Positions 37,318 to 45,373 of a stretch of 64,000 bases of DNA are shown one piece after another. The stretch is from Chloroflexota bacterium. GTDB lineage: Bacteria > Chloroflexota > Anaerolineae > UBA4142 > SHND01. The number at the start of each line of letters is the position of its first letter. Positions within the stretch are counted from its first letter, which is position 1. The position numbers were made by a program, and so were the translations under genes. Under the pieces are notes generated by a model. The model was not told the DNA's origin. It saw nothing but the letters and a program-made list of their open reading frames with translations, and ran no database searches. The stretch spans positions 1 to 64,000 of the forward strand of contig JAKOPZ010000208.1 of NCBI GenBank assembly GCA_029778615.1. Reading direction: 5' to 3'.

Positions 37318-37418
37318 AGGACTTGCGATTAGCTGTCACTTCGAGCGGTTTTTGCGAGAAATCTCACACATCAATACCGAGATTTCTCACTCCGTTCGAA
37401 ATGACAAGCAAAAGTCCT
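37318..37418. mobile_element. short MITE-like hairpin repeat, copy C
   Basis: Ends AGGACTTGCG...GTCACTTCGAGCGG and CCGTTCGAAATGAC...AAAAGTCCT are inverted repeats. Internal GAGAAATCTC / GAGATTTCTC as in copies A, D and E. Confidence 0.5.
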
Positions 37419-37443
37419 AACATTAAAAAACGCGCGCAGGTCT

Positions 37444-37492
37444 TGACTTGGAACAACTGTTCTATTATAATCTTGCCTAGAACATCGGTTCT
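37444..37492 (+). promoter_or_regulatory. lexA promoter (TTGACT-16-TATAAT) with two GAAC-N4-GTTC LexA-type operators
   Basis: TTGACT at 37444-37449 and TATAAT at 37466-37471. Box 1 (GGAACAACTGTTCT, 37450-37463) sits in the spacer. Box 2 (AGAACATCGGTTCT, 37479-37492) sits at the putative TSS. Confidence 0.55.
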
Positions 37493-37559
37493 AAGCACCT
37501 CGTTCTGTGTCGTATCTTTAATTGTTCAGGATTCACAGTCCTGTGAAAGGAGTCTTGCC

Positions 37560-38171
37560 ATGACACAGCTGGATGAACACGGCGCGCGCATCCTCAGTTT
37601 TGTCGAGCGGTATCAACATCAACATCACCGCTCGCCCACCTACCGCGAAATTGGCGCCGCCATCGGTATCCGTTCGACTGACCATGTCTCGCGTGACTTG
37701 CGACGCCTTGTGCGCGACGGCTATATTTCGTTCAAACCGCGCGTGAGCAAAAGTATCGTGTTACTCAAAACCGCAAACGCGCGCTCGCGCCAAACCTCTC
37801 TGCCACTTCCATATTTCAACGCGTCGCCAAAAACAATTCCGACAGACGAACTTGCACGTCTTGCCGCCGAATTGTTTGCAGATGAAAAGGACACGTTCCT
37901 CTTGCGCGCGCGGGGACAGGCGATGCGCGATGCCACGCTCGACGACGGCGACCTCGTCGTCATCAAGCGTACCGAGAAATTTTGTGATGGCGACATGCTC
38001 GCCGTCTATTTGAAACCATCCAAGCGCACCACGTTGCGTCATGTGTATCGTGAAAACGGGCGCCTACGCGTCCAATCCGCCAACCCCGACACACAGCCGC
38101 AATATTACAAACCAAGCGATTTGGAAATTCGCGGGACTGTTCTGGCAATTTTACGCAAGCGCGATATGTGA
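37560..38171 (+). CDS. lexA: LexA-like repressor with substituted autocleavage residues (predicted non-self-cleaving)
   Basis: LexA wHTH N-domain and S24-like C-domain. Manual alignment to E. coli and B. subtilis LexA gives GQAM in place of G(D/M)SM (Ser to Ala), R in place of the catalytic Lys, and AN in place of the AG cleavage site. GAAAGGAG Shine-Dalgarno. Confidence 0.8.
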   Translation: MTQLDEHGARILSFVERYQHQHHRSPTYREIGAAIGIRSTDHVSRDLRRLVRDGYISFKPRVSKSIVLLKTANARSRQTSLPLPYFNASPKTIPTDELARLAAELFADEKDTFLLRARGQAMRDATLDDGDLVVIKRTEKFCDGDMLAVYLKPSKRTTLRHVYRENGRLRVQSANPDTQPQYYKPSDLEIRGTVLAILRKRDM

Positions 38172-38228
38172 GAATGACGTTTGACATCTGACGTTTCACT
38201 ACGTCATGCGTCAAACGTCACACGTGCG

Positions 38229-39092
38229 ATGCAAGACGAACTCAAACCCTGCTCGTTTCGCCAAGTGGATAATCACGGTCGCATCCTTTGCCATCTCATC
38301 AAAGGCGGCGACCGTGAAGTATCTGTGAACCTGTGCCGCGCCTGCCCCGTTTCACAGATTAATTGTCAACACTTGCGCGCAGGTTTGGAGAAAAAAGTTT
38401 CGACGCCCATCACCGTTCGTTTCGCCACCGGACGCGTCGAAGTGTGGGATGACGCGCCGCCGATGATTGATTTCAAACAAGCCGCGTGCGCTGCCAAGAC
38501 CATGCCCATTCACTCGGCGCGCGATTGCGCGGGGTGTCCGATTCGTCTGCCGAACGTTATTCCGCAAAGCGCGATTCAAGTCGCGCACCGCACAAAACAA
38601 AACGCGCCAGTGGTCGCACAAGACGCCATTGCCACCCGAACCATTGCGCCGCCGCGCGCCACGCGCCCAAGCGCGCGTGTGGCACAACCCGTCGCGCAAA
38701 TGCCTGTGACGCCCGTTGAGCCGACAGCGCAGCCCATTGCGATTGACGTAGGCGCGGCGAATGATTTGATTGCACGCGCGCAAAGCATCGCCGCGCGCAA
38801 AGCGCAAGAAAAAAAGCTGCGTGAGGCAGAGCGTCTTGCTGAACAAGAAAACGAACGTGCCGCGCAGCCCGAAGCCAAACCGAAAATTATTCAAATGAAG
38901 GCATGGCTCGAATCACAGGTAAACAAGAAACAGCGCGCCGCGCAAGATGCCAAGAACGCGTACAAACCGCAGGCGGTCAATCCGGACGCGGACGGTGTTT
39001 CGGATATTGTGTATGCGCCGCTCGGAATGCAAAACGCGCAGGTTTACCAAGAAACAATTGACTATGAGCGCTGTGTGGGATGGACGGACTAG
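38229..39092 (+). CDS. hypothetical protein: Cys-rich N-domain, Ala/Pro/Gln-rich linker, C-terminal coiled coil
   Basis: Cys pattern C-x11-C-x17-CxxC-x7-C...CAGC, and charged coiled coil KAQEKKLREAERLAEQENERAA. Co-directional downstream of lexA after a 57-nt hairpin-containing spacer. Confidence 0.5.
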   Translation: MQDELKPCSFRQVDNHGRILCHLIKGGDREVSVNLCRACPVSQINCQHLRAGLEKKVSTPITVRFATGRVEVWDDAPPMIDFKQAACAAKTMPIHSARDCAGCPIRLPNVIPQSAIQVAHRTKQNAPVVAQDAIATRTIAPPRATRPSARVAQPVAQMPVTPVEPTAQPIAIDVGAANDLIARAQSIAARKAQEKKLREAERLAEQENERAAQPEAKPKIIQMKAWLESQVNKKQRAAQDAKNAYKPQAVNPDADGVSDIVYAPLGMQNAQVYQETIDYERCVGWTD

Positions 39093-39982
39093 TTATGGGA
39101 ACGACATGGAATCAAACCGCTCATGCGGGACAATTCAATCCGCGCGTCGGTATGGCACGCGGTCTGCCGCGTGCGGTGAATTTTCTCGCGCTGGCGCGCG
39201 AGTTGAGCGCCGACCCGCAGCTGCATGGCGCTCTCCAAGTTTCGGGCACCGCGCTGTTGGGTGTTGCTACAGACGGCGTGCCCCTGATGATTCGGCTCGC
39301 TTCGCCGGATGTTACACATGTTTTGATTTCGGGGAGCAAGGGCAGTGGCAAAACAGAAATCGCCCGCACCATTCTTGCATCGCTCGCGCTGTATCAGAAA
39401 CCGCGTGAGATTCAATTTGTCGTTTGTGCGAGCGATGCGCGCGCGTTTGAATGTGTGGGGCGAGTTCCACACCTTCGCGGTGAAATTGCCACCACGACAG
39501 AAGGCGCGCTACAGCATTTGCGTTGGTTGGAGAACGAATTGGAACGGCGCGAAAACGAAAACGGTACGCGCCCGCGACTGGTGGTTGTCATGGACGATTA
39601 CGCGGAATTTTTGAGGCACGGCGGACGCGAGGTCCAGGTGCATGTCGCGCGGCTGGCGCAGCGCGGGCGCCGCGTGGGCATCTCACTGCTTGTATGTACA
39701 CCTCAAGCCAACGGAGCAGATTTGGATGCGGGACTGCGCGCGAATTTTCCGGTGCGGCTCATCGGCAAAAATTCAAACAGCCACGATGGCGCGGAAAAAC
39801 TTGCAGGGCGCGGAGATTTTATTTTGACGGCGGGGGGCGAGCGCGTGCGCTTTCAAGCCGCGCGGCTTGCGCCCGAAGACGTGCCGACTTTGCAATTTCA
39901 AGTCCGCGCGAACCATTCGCACAAGCCGGTACCCGATGCCAGACTGCACAGTTTGGTAAAACGTCTGCGCCGCGTGAAATGA
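39080..39982 (+). CDS. stand-alone FtsK/SpoIIIE-family P-loop ATPase domain protein (no TM region)
   Basis: Walker A GSKGSGKT, Walker B VVVMDDYAEF, and FtsK signature ARLAQRGRRVGISLLVCTPQAN, RLIGK, GAEKLAGRGDFIL. Start at 39080 or 39095. Confidence 0.7.
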   Translation: MDGLVMGTTWNQTAHAGQFNPRVGMARGLPRAVNFLALARELSADPQLHGALQVSGTALLGVATDGVPLMIRLASPDVTHVLISGSKGSGKTEIARTILASLALYQKPREIQFVVCASDARAFECVGRVPHLRGEIATTTEGALQHLRWLENELERRENENGTRPRLVVVMDDYAEFLRHGGREVQVHVARLAQRGRRVGISLLVCTPQANGADLDAGLRANFPVRLIGKNSNSHDGAEKLAGRGDFILTAGGERVRFQAARLAPEDVPTLQFQVRANHSHKPVPDARLHSLVKRLRRVK

Positions 39983-40023
39983 ATTTCGTCGCGCCGTTCA
40001 AGGCGTCGAGAGGAAACCTTATC

Positions 40024-40464
40024 ATGTCCAAAACAGGAATCATGCTGGTCGGCGGACTTGTCATCTCCGCTGTGGTCTATCAATTTTTGCAGCGCGTGCC
40101 CGCCGACGCGTTGAATGTTGCATTGGGCGTCATGTGCGGCATCGGCGCGAGCATTCCTGTTTCCGTCGGCTTGCTCCTTGCCTTGATGCGACAGCGCCAA
40201 CGCTACGAGACGCCGCAAGAATGGAGCGACCCGGAACCCGCGTACCCCACGCAGCCGTCACTGCCGCAACATATTCCGCAGCAGCCCGCGTTGCCCCAGC
40301 CGCAAATCATTGTGCTGGCACCGCAAGGAAACCTGGCGCCCGGGCAATTTCCGCAAGGTATGCCGATGCCTGCGCAGTGGTTAAATCAACAAGCATATCC
40401 GTTCATGCAAGAACACGCGAACGCGGTGGATGCGCGCGAGTGGCGCATCATCGGCGAAGAATAA
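40024..40464 (+). CDS. small membrane protein with two TM helices and Pro/Gln-rich C-terminal tail
   Basis: GAGAGGA Shine-Dalgarno before the ATG at 40024. TM1 IMLVGGLVISAVVYQF and TM2 VALGVMCGIGASIPVSVGLLLALM, then PQ-rich repeats. Confidence 0.5.
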   Translation: MSKTGIMLVGGLVISAVVYQFLQRVPADALNVALGVMCGIGASIPVSVGLLLALMRQRQRYETPQEWSDPEPAYPTQPSLPQHIPQQPALPQPQIIVLAPQGNLAPGQFPQGMPMPAQWLNQQAYPFMQEHANAVDAREWRIIGEE

Positions 40465-40524
40465 ACAAAACGCGCGGCGCGCCGCGCGAACTCGATGCGC
40501 GCCGAAACTTTTCAGGAGGAAATC

Positions 40525-40851
40525 ATGTTACGCACCGAATCTCTTGCACAACTGCCGCGCGTCGGCGCGGGCACCCGGTCTCTTCGCAGCGGCGCGTCCA
40601 AGACCCGCCGCGCGCGACAGCCGCGCAACGACGCCGTCGAAATTGTGGAAAAACGCTTTGGCTATTTCCCACACCGCTTTCACTGGCGTGGACATACGCA
40701 TCAGGTGCAGGCAGTCGAGCGCACATGGACGAAAATGGGACGCGCGGCGCAATTGTGTTTTCGCGTGCGCTGCGGCGAAGGAACTTTTGATTTGACGCAA
40801 AATGTTAAAACCAATATCTGGTCGTTGTCAGTGGTGCAATTGCACTCGTAA
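40525..40851 (+). CDS. hypothetical protein (108 aa) with FPHRFHWRG...VERTW motif
   Basis: AGGAGG Shine-Dalgarno 5 nt before the ATG. No family assignable from memory. Confidence 0.45.
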   Translation: MLRTESLAQLPRVGAGTRSLRSGASKTRRARQPRNDAVEIVEKRFGYFPHRFHWRGHTHQVQAVERTWTKMGRAAQLCFRVRCGEGTFDLTQNVKTNIWSLSVVQLHS

Positions 40852-40925
40852 AGCACGGAACAAAACCAAACGCGATCTCAAGAATCGCACGTTCCGCAAC
40901 AACAATTCACACAGGGAGGACACCT

Positions 40926-41150
40926 ATGAAATCCGGTTTGTTGTGGTATGACAATTCAAGCAAATCCATTTCGGACAAAATCGAAGCCGCCGCGCGTCGT
41001 TACAAAGAAAAATTTGGCGCGCCGCCTGACATGTGTTTCGTCAATCCAAACGATTTGGAAAATGCCAAAGCGAAACCGAATGTGAAAATTCACATCGCCA
41101 CCAAAACAACCATTATGCCCAACCACATTTGGCTCGGCATGAGCAAGTAA
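40926..41150 (+). CDS. hypothetical small protein (74 aa)
   Basis: GGGAGGA Shine-Dalgarno. Followed by a strong terminator. Confidence 0.45.
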   Translation: MKSGLLWYDNSSKSISDKIEAAARRYKEKFGAPPDMCFVNPNDLENAKAKPNVKIHIATKTTIMPNHIWLGMSK

Positions 41151-41156
41151 AACAAA

Positions 41157-41194
41157 ACTCCACACAAAATTTTTTGTGTGGAGTTTTTCTTTTG
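41157..41194. terminator. rho-independent terminator ending the lexA-downstream gene set
   Basis: Stem CTCCACACAAAA / TTTTGTGTGGAG followed by a TTTTTCTTTT tract. Confidence 0.7.
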
Positions 41195-41217
41195 CAACTT
41201 GGTTTCAGTGCTATAGC

Positions 41218-42465
41218 TCAGGGTTGACGATTGCCGCCGTCGTCCTTGCCACCGCCGTCGTTATTGTCTCCGCCATTATCGCCGTTGTTTCCACTGTTGC
41301 TGTCGCCCTTTTCTTTTTCACTACTCTTGCCGCCATCCTCTTTGACTTTGCCTGCATCATTCTTTTTGTCGCTGTTGTCATTTTTGGAAGCATCCTCGTT
41401 GCTCTTGCTGTTCTCGCTGTTTCCCTTGTCCTCGCTGCCCTTGCCGCTCTGGTCCTCATTCGCTTGTGGCGTTTCCGTTTCTTGATGTTCTTCCGTCACG
41501 ACCGACGGCGCGGTACGTGAGGGCAGTCCCGCGCGGGTTGGCGTCTCTTCGTCGGCGTCTTGGAACATTTCAGTTGGCGATTCAGATTCTTGCTCGCCCG
41601 GCACTTGAGTAGTTTCCACAAAGAGTAAAGGGGTCAGCGTGGATGTGTTCGCCGGCGTTTGCGTCGGCTCGTTCGTCGGTATCGGACTCGGCGTCAAAAA
41701 TTCAAACGGATTCAATTCCGGACCAATTTGCGCGTCGGGCGATGCCGCGTACGTGGCGACGCCTTGCAAAAGTTTTTCGGTTTGCTCCAAACGCGCACGG
41801 TCATCCGGCGACGCGTTCACGGCAAGCTGCTTGACGATTTGTTGTTGACGCATTGCCAGCGCCGTCAAGTTTTGAAGCAGCGCGACGCGCTCGTCGCCGC
41901 GCGTGCCCGCCAACTCTGCCAGCGCGCGCAAAATGCTGTCGTCCACTGCATCAAGATACGCCGGGTCAACGCGTTCGCCGCCCGCCAGCAATCGCTGTAC
42001 TTCGTCCAAACGCGTGTTGGCAAAATTCATCCATAACCGCGCGCGCTCGGCATTTGTATTTTGAAAAAAGAGCTGTCCGCCCTCGCCAAAGCGTTTGAAC
42101 GGATACAAGAATGTGCCCGGCAGTGCATCCGCCGCCGCGCTGCTCACGCCGTTCGCCACAATAACGACGACCAACACCACCGCACTCAGCAATGCCCAAC
42201 GCGGCGCGCGGAACAACCACGCGAATGGATTGGGACGACGCGCGGCGCGTTTTTGCGCGGCGGCGGCGCGCAATGCTTGAATGCCTTGTGTGCGCGCGGC
42301 ATTGGAAAGACGCGGCGATTCTTCGGCGGCAAGGCGCGCAAATTCATGCGCCACCTGTTCATCGCCGCTGGCATATTCCACTGCATCGAGGTTGCCTGAC
42401 AACAGACGGTCAATCTGTGCGTCCAGCCACTCATCACGCTCGCGATTTTCGTTACGGTTAGACAT
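41218..42465 (-). CDS. anti-sigma factor (one TM, extracytoplasmic domain, long acidic low-complexity tail)
   Basis: Located immediately downstream of the ECF sigma gene. N-terminal cytoplasmic region, TM WALLSAVVLVVVIVANGV, and a C-terminal D/E/N/G/S/K-rich tail of about 120 aa. Confidence 0.55.
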   Translation of the reverse strand: MSNRNENRERDEWLDAQIDRLLSGNLDAVEYASGDEQVAHEFARLAAEESPRLSNAARTQGIQALRAAAAQKRAARRPNPFAWLFRAPRWALLSAVVLVVVIVANGVSSAAADALPGTFLYPFKRFGEGGQLFFQNTNAERARLWMNFANTRLDEVQRLLAGGERVDPAYLDAVDDSILRALAELAGTRGDERVALLQNLTALAMRQQQIVKQLAVNASPDDRARLEQTEKLLQGVATYAASPDAQIGPELNPFEFLTPSPIPTNEPTQTPANTSTLTPLLFVETTQVPGEQESESPTEMFQDADEETPTRAGLPSRTAPSVVTEEHQETETPQANEDQSGKGSEDKGNSENSKSNEDASKNDNSDKKNDAGKVKEDGGKSSEKEKGDSNSGNNGDNGGDNNDGGGKDDGGNRQP

Positions 42466-42486
42466 TGCTCACGCCAATTCTACTCG

Positions 42487-43125
42487 TCATGCCATTTCGT
42501 CACTGTGCCCGCGCTCCAAAAGCCGCGCCATCGCGGCAAGCCCGCGCCGCTGTAACGCTTTGATTGCCATTTCAGTCTTGCCCATCATTTTGGCAATTTG
42601 CGCGCTGGTGAATCCCTCTTCAAAACGCATCAACAGCACCGTTTGTTGTTCTTCGGTCAATCGCGCCAACGCGTTTTGTAAATCCACCCGCGTCAAATGC
42701 AAATTCAAATCAAATGCCTCATCCGGCAAATCCGCTTCCGCATCTTCCGACAGCGGCTCTGCCGCGCGAATCTTTTGGCGGCGATAATCGTCAATCACCA
42801 TATTCCGCGCAATTGTAAAAATCCAGCCGGTTAGCACCAACGCCGCGTCGTCGCCGCTCGGACGAAAGCGTTCCACACTTTCCAGCATCCGCACAAACAC
42901 TTCATTGGTCAACTCTTCGGCACGCGGGCGGTCCTGCACGCGATAATAAATAAATCGAAAAACGCGGTCACTAAAAAGATGGTAAATTTGTGTGAGCGCG
43001 CGTTCTTCGTACTGTTGGGCGCGCCGCAGCAACTCGCGCGCGTCCTGCTGCGACAAGAGTTGATGAAGTGTATCCGACTCGTTTCCGGGCGCGAGCGCCT
43101 GTGCCAACATGAATTTGTCTTTCAT
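42487..43125 (-). CDS. RNA polymerase ECF-type sigma-70 factor
   Basis: Region 2 (FIYYRV...EELTNEVFVRM) and region 4 HTH (FTSAQIAKMMGKTEMAIKALQRRGL). Confidence 0.85.
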   Translation of the reverse strand: MKDKFMLAQALAPGNESDTLHQLLSQQDARELLRRAQQYEERALTQIYHLFSDRVFRFIYYRVQDRPRAEELTNEVFVRMLESVERFRPSGDDAALVLTGWIFTIARNMVIDDYRRQKIRAAEPLSEDAEADLPDEAFDLNLHLTRVDLQNALARLTEEQQTVLLMRFEEGFTSAQIAKMMGKTEMAIKALQRRGLAAMARLLERGHSDEMA

Positions 43126-43235
43126 ACATCAAAACGCACGCGCAGCGGAAAAAGATACCGCTCGCGCGCCGTCCATTCCATCTGCTTATCTTAACTCACA
43201 CTTGGAAATTGCCAAGATGTCCCATGTCCCATTTC

Positions 43236-43387
43236 AAGGCAACTGCAAAGTCGCGCCAATTGTCATTTCGAGCGGATGCGAGAAATCTCAACCTTTCGTG
43301 ACAAATGAGATTTCTCACAGAGTTTACCCCGAAGGATTGAGGGGTTCGAAATGACATATCCTTGTCAAGGGACTTTGCAGTCGCCTT
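43236..43387. mobile_element. MITE-like element copy D with 19-bp flanking direct repeats
   Basis: 17-bp terminal inverted repeats AAGGCAACTGCAAAGTC and GACTTTGCAGTCGCCTT. The internal hairpin is GTCATTTCGAGCGG...CGAAATGAC. GATGTCCCATGTCCCATTT occurs at 43216-43234 and at 43388-43406. Confidence 0.65.
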
Positions 43388-43456
43388 GATGTCCCATGTC
43401 CCATTTATTCGCGGCAAACCATCAAGCGGCAATTGAGTTGTGCTACAATATCGCGT

Positions 43457-44236
43457 ATGCGGCGAATCGAAATCGGCGGCATCATTTTTTACCAATCGGA
43501 AAAATTGAATGCGTTTGCCAACGTGGTACACGCGGTGACCACACGTCACGGCGGAGTGAGCCCCGCCCCTTTTCACACCCTGAATTTGAGCGCGCACGTG
43601 GGCGATGAGCCCGCGCGCGTGGACGAGAACTTGATGCGTTTGCATCACGCGCTGGGGCTCGCGCGTGAAGCGACAGTGGATGCGAGTCAGGCGCAAGCAG
43701 ACCGCGTGGCGCAGGTTACAGCGCAGGAACGCGGCACACGCGTAAAAGGGGTTGACGCGTTGATTACCAACGAACGCGGCATTCCGTTAATGCTCCGCTT
43801 TGCGGACTGTGTGCCCATCCTGTTATACGACCCCGCGCATCATGCCATCGGCATTGCCCATGCCGGATGGCGCGGCACCGTCGCTCAAGTGTTGACGCAT
43901 ACAGTGAACGCGATGCGCGACGCGTTTGAAACAAACCCGCGCGGGTTGGTGGCGTGCATCGGTCCTTCCATCGGTCCGTGTTGTTATGAGATTGGCGCGG
44001 ACGTGATTGCACAGGTGGAGCGCGCGTATCCTGATACACACGAAACGCTCTTGCCAAGAAATGGAGCGACCCACTTGAATCTTTGGAATGCGAACGCCGT
44101 GCAGCTGCACGCGCTGGGCGTAGAACAAATCGAAATTGCAGGCGTTTGCACTGCCGACCACACACACGATTTTTATTCGTGGCGGCGCGAAAACGCCCAT
44201 ACCGGACGCTTTGGCGCAATCATCGCGCTCACGTAA
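43457..44236 (+). CDS. pgeF: peptidoglycan editing factor PgeF (YfiH/DUF152 laccase-domain protein)
   Basis: Conserved His/Cys motifs (HAGWRG, CIGPSIGPCCYEIG, HTHDFYSWRRE). Confidence 0.85.
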   Translation: MRRIEIGGIIFYQSEKLNAFANVVHAVTTRHGGVSPAPFHTLNLSAHVGDEPARVDENLMRLHHALGLAREATVDASQAQADRVAQVTAQERGTRVKGVDALITNERGIPLMLRFADCVPILLYDPAHHAIGIAHAGWRGTVAQVLTHTVNAMRDAFETNPRGLVACIGPSIGPCCYEIGADVIAQVERAYPDTHETLLPRNGATHLNLWNANAVQLHALGVEQIEIAGVCTADHTHDFYSWRRENAHTGRFGAIIALT

Positions 44237-44303
44237 CCTGGTCCTTGCGACGACGTAAACGTGAACACGCCGGCAAGGATAATGTTACCCACTATTGAAT
44301 CGA

Positions 44304-45017
44304 ATGTCTGTTGCCGAAAATCTAACGCGCGTTCGCGAGCAAATCGAAAATGCTGCGCGGCGCGCCGGACGGAATCCGAATGAAATCAAGCTCGTCGCCG
44401 TCAGCAAAACGTTTCCGCTCACCTCTATTGTGGAAGCATTTCGCGCGGGCGCGACGGATATTGGCGAGAACCGCGTTGAAGAAGCCGCCGAAAAAATACC
44501 GCAGGTTAAAGAACTGCTCGGCGCGGACAAGCTGCGTTGGCATTTGATTGGGCACTTGCAGCGCCGCAAGGCGCGCGACGCGATTGCGTTGTTCGATGTC
44601 GTGCAGTCTGTAGATACACTGCGCCTCGCCGAAACGATGAATCGCGCCGCAACCGACCAGCGCAAAGCGGTCCCCATTTTGCTGCAAGTGAACATTGGCA
44701 ATGACCCGCACAAATTCGGTTTTGACCTCAACGCGCGCGATGCGTTTTTACGCGATGTGGAAAAAATCACCGCTTTACCCAACGTGCGCGCGCAGGGACT
44801 GATGACCATCGGTCCGTTGGTTCCCAGCGCCCAAGACGCGCGCCCTTTTTTTCGCGCGCTGCGCGAATTACGCGATGAATTGGCGCGGCGTTTTCCGCAC
44901 GCGCGTTGGGATGAACTCTCGATGGGCATGACGGACGATTATGCCGTCGCGATTGAGGAGGGCGCGACCATTGTTCGCATCGGTCGCGCAATCTTTGGAC
45001 AACGCACTGTGGCGTAA
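44304..45017 (+). CDS. yggS: YggS-family pyridoxal phosphate homeostasis protein
   Basis: Alanine-racemase-fold N-terminal pattern (KLVAVSKT) and C-terminal SMGMTDDY. Confidence 0.85.
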   Translation: MSVAENLTRVREQIENAARRAGRNPNEIKLVAVSKTFPLTSIVEAFRAGATDIGENRVEEAAEKIPQVKELLGADKLRWHLIGHLQRRKARDAIALFDVVQSVDTLRLAETMNRAATDQRKAVPILLQVNIGNDPHKFGFDLNARDAFLRDVEKITALPNVRAQGLMTIGPLVPSAQDARPFFRALRELRDELARRFPHARWDELSMGMTDDYAVAIEEGATIVRIGRAIFGQRTVA

Positions 45018-45085
45018 CAAACCTTCTCGCGCAACGGTCAAGTTTGCGCGAGAATATTTGTTACCCGGATTTTGGAGCAACGAAC

Positions 45086-45373
45086 GTGGACGTCGGGCAA
45101 ATCCTTTACACCACGATTCAAATGTTTTTTGATATTCTCTTTCTGTTGATTCTGGTGCGCATTCTGCTTTCGTTTTTCCCACAATTTCGCGCGAATCAAA
45201 TTGCGGAACTGGTGTACGGCGTCACGGAACCGATTCTCGCGCCGTTCCAACGCATCATTCCACCGATAGGGATGCTCGACATCAGTCCAATGGTCGCGAT
45301 GATTGTGATGGGCGTCTTGCAACAAATTCTTTTGTTTCTTGTCGCCAACGCCTTTGGGTTGGTGGTGCAGTGA
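45086..45373 (+). CDS. YggT-family membrane protein
   Basis: Follows yggS as in many bacteria. Two TM helices. Start uncertain: GTG at 45086 or ATG at 45044. Confidence 0.55.
   Translation: MDVGQILYTTIQMFFDILFLLILVRILLSFFPQFRANQIAELVYGVTEPILAPFQRIIPPIGMLDISPMVAMIVMGVLQQILLFLVANAFGLVVQ

Noticed and set aside
39523-40023. N-terminal 167 codons of the 313-aa ORF
   Set aside because: Overlaps the FtsK-like gene in another frame. The real start is the ATG at 40024, which has its own Shine-Dalgarno sequence.
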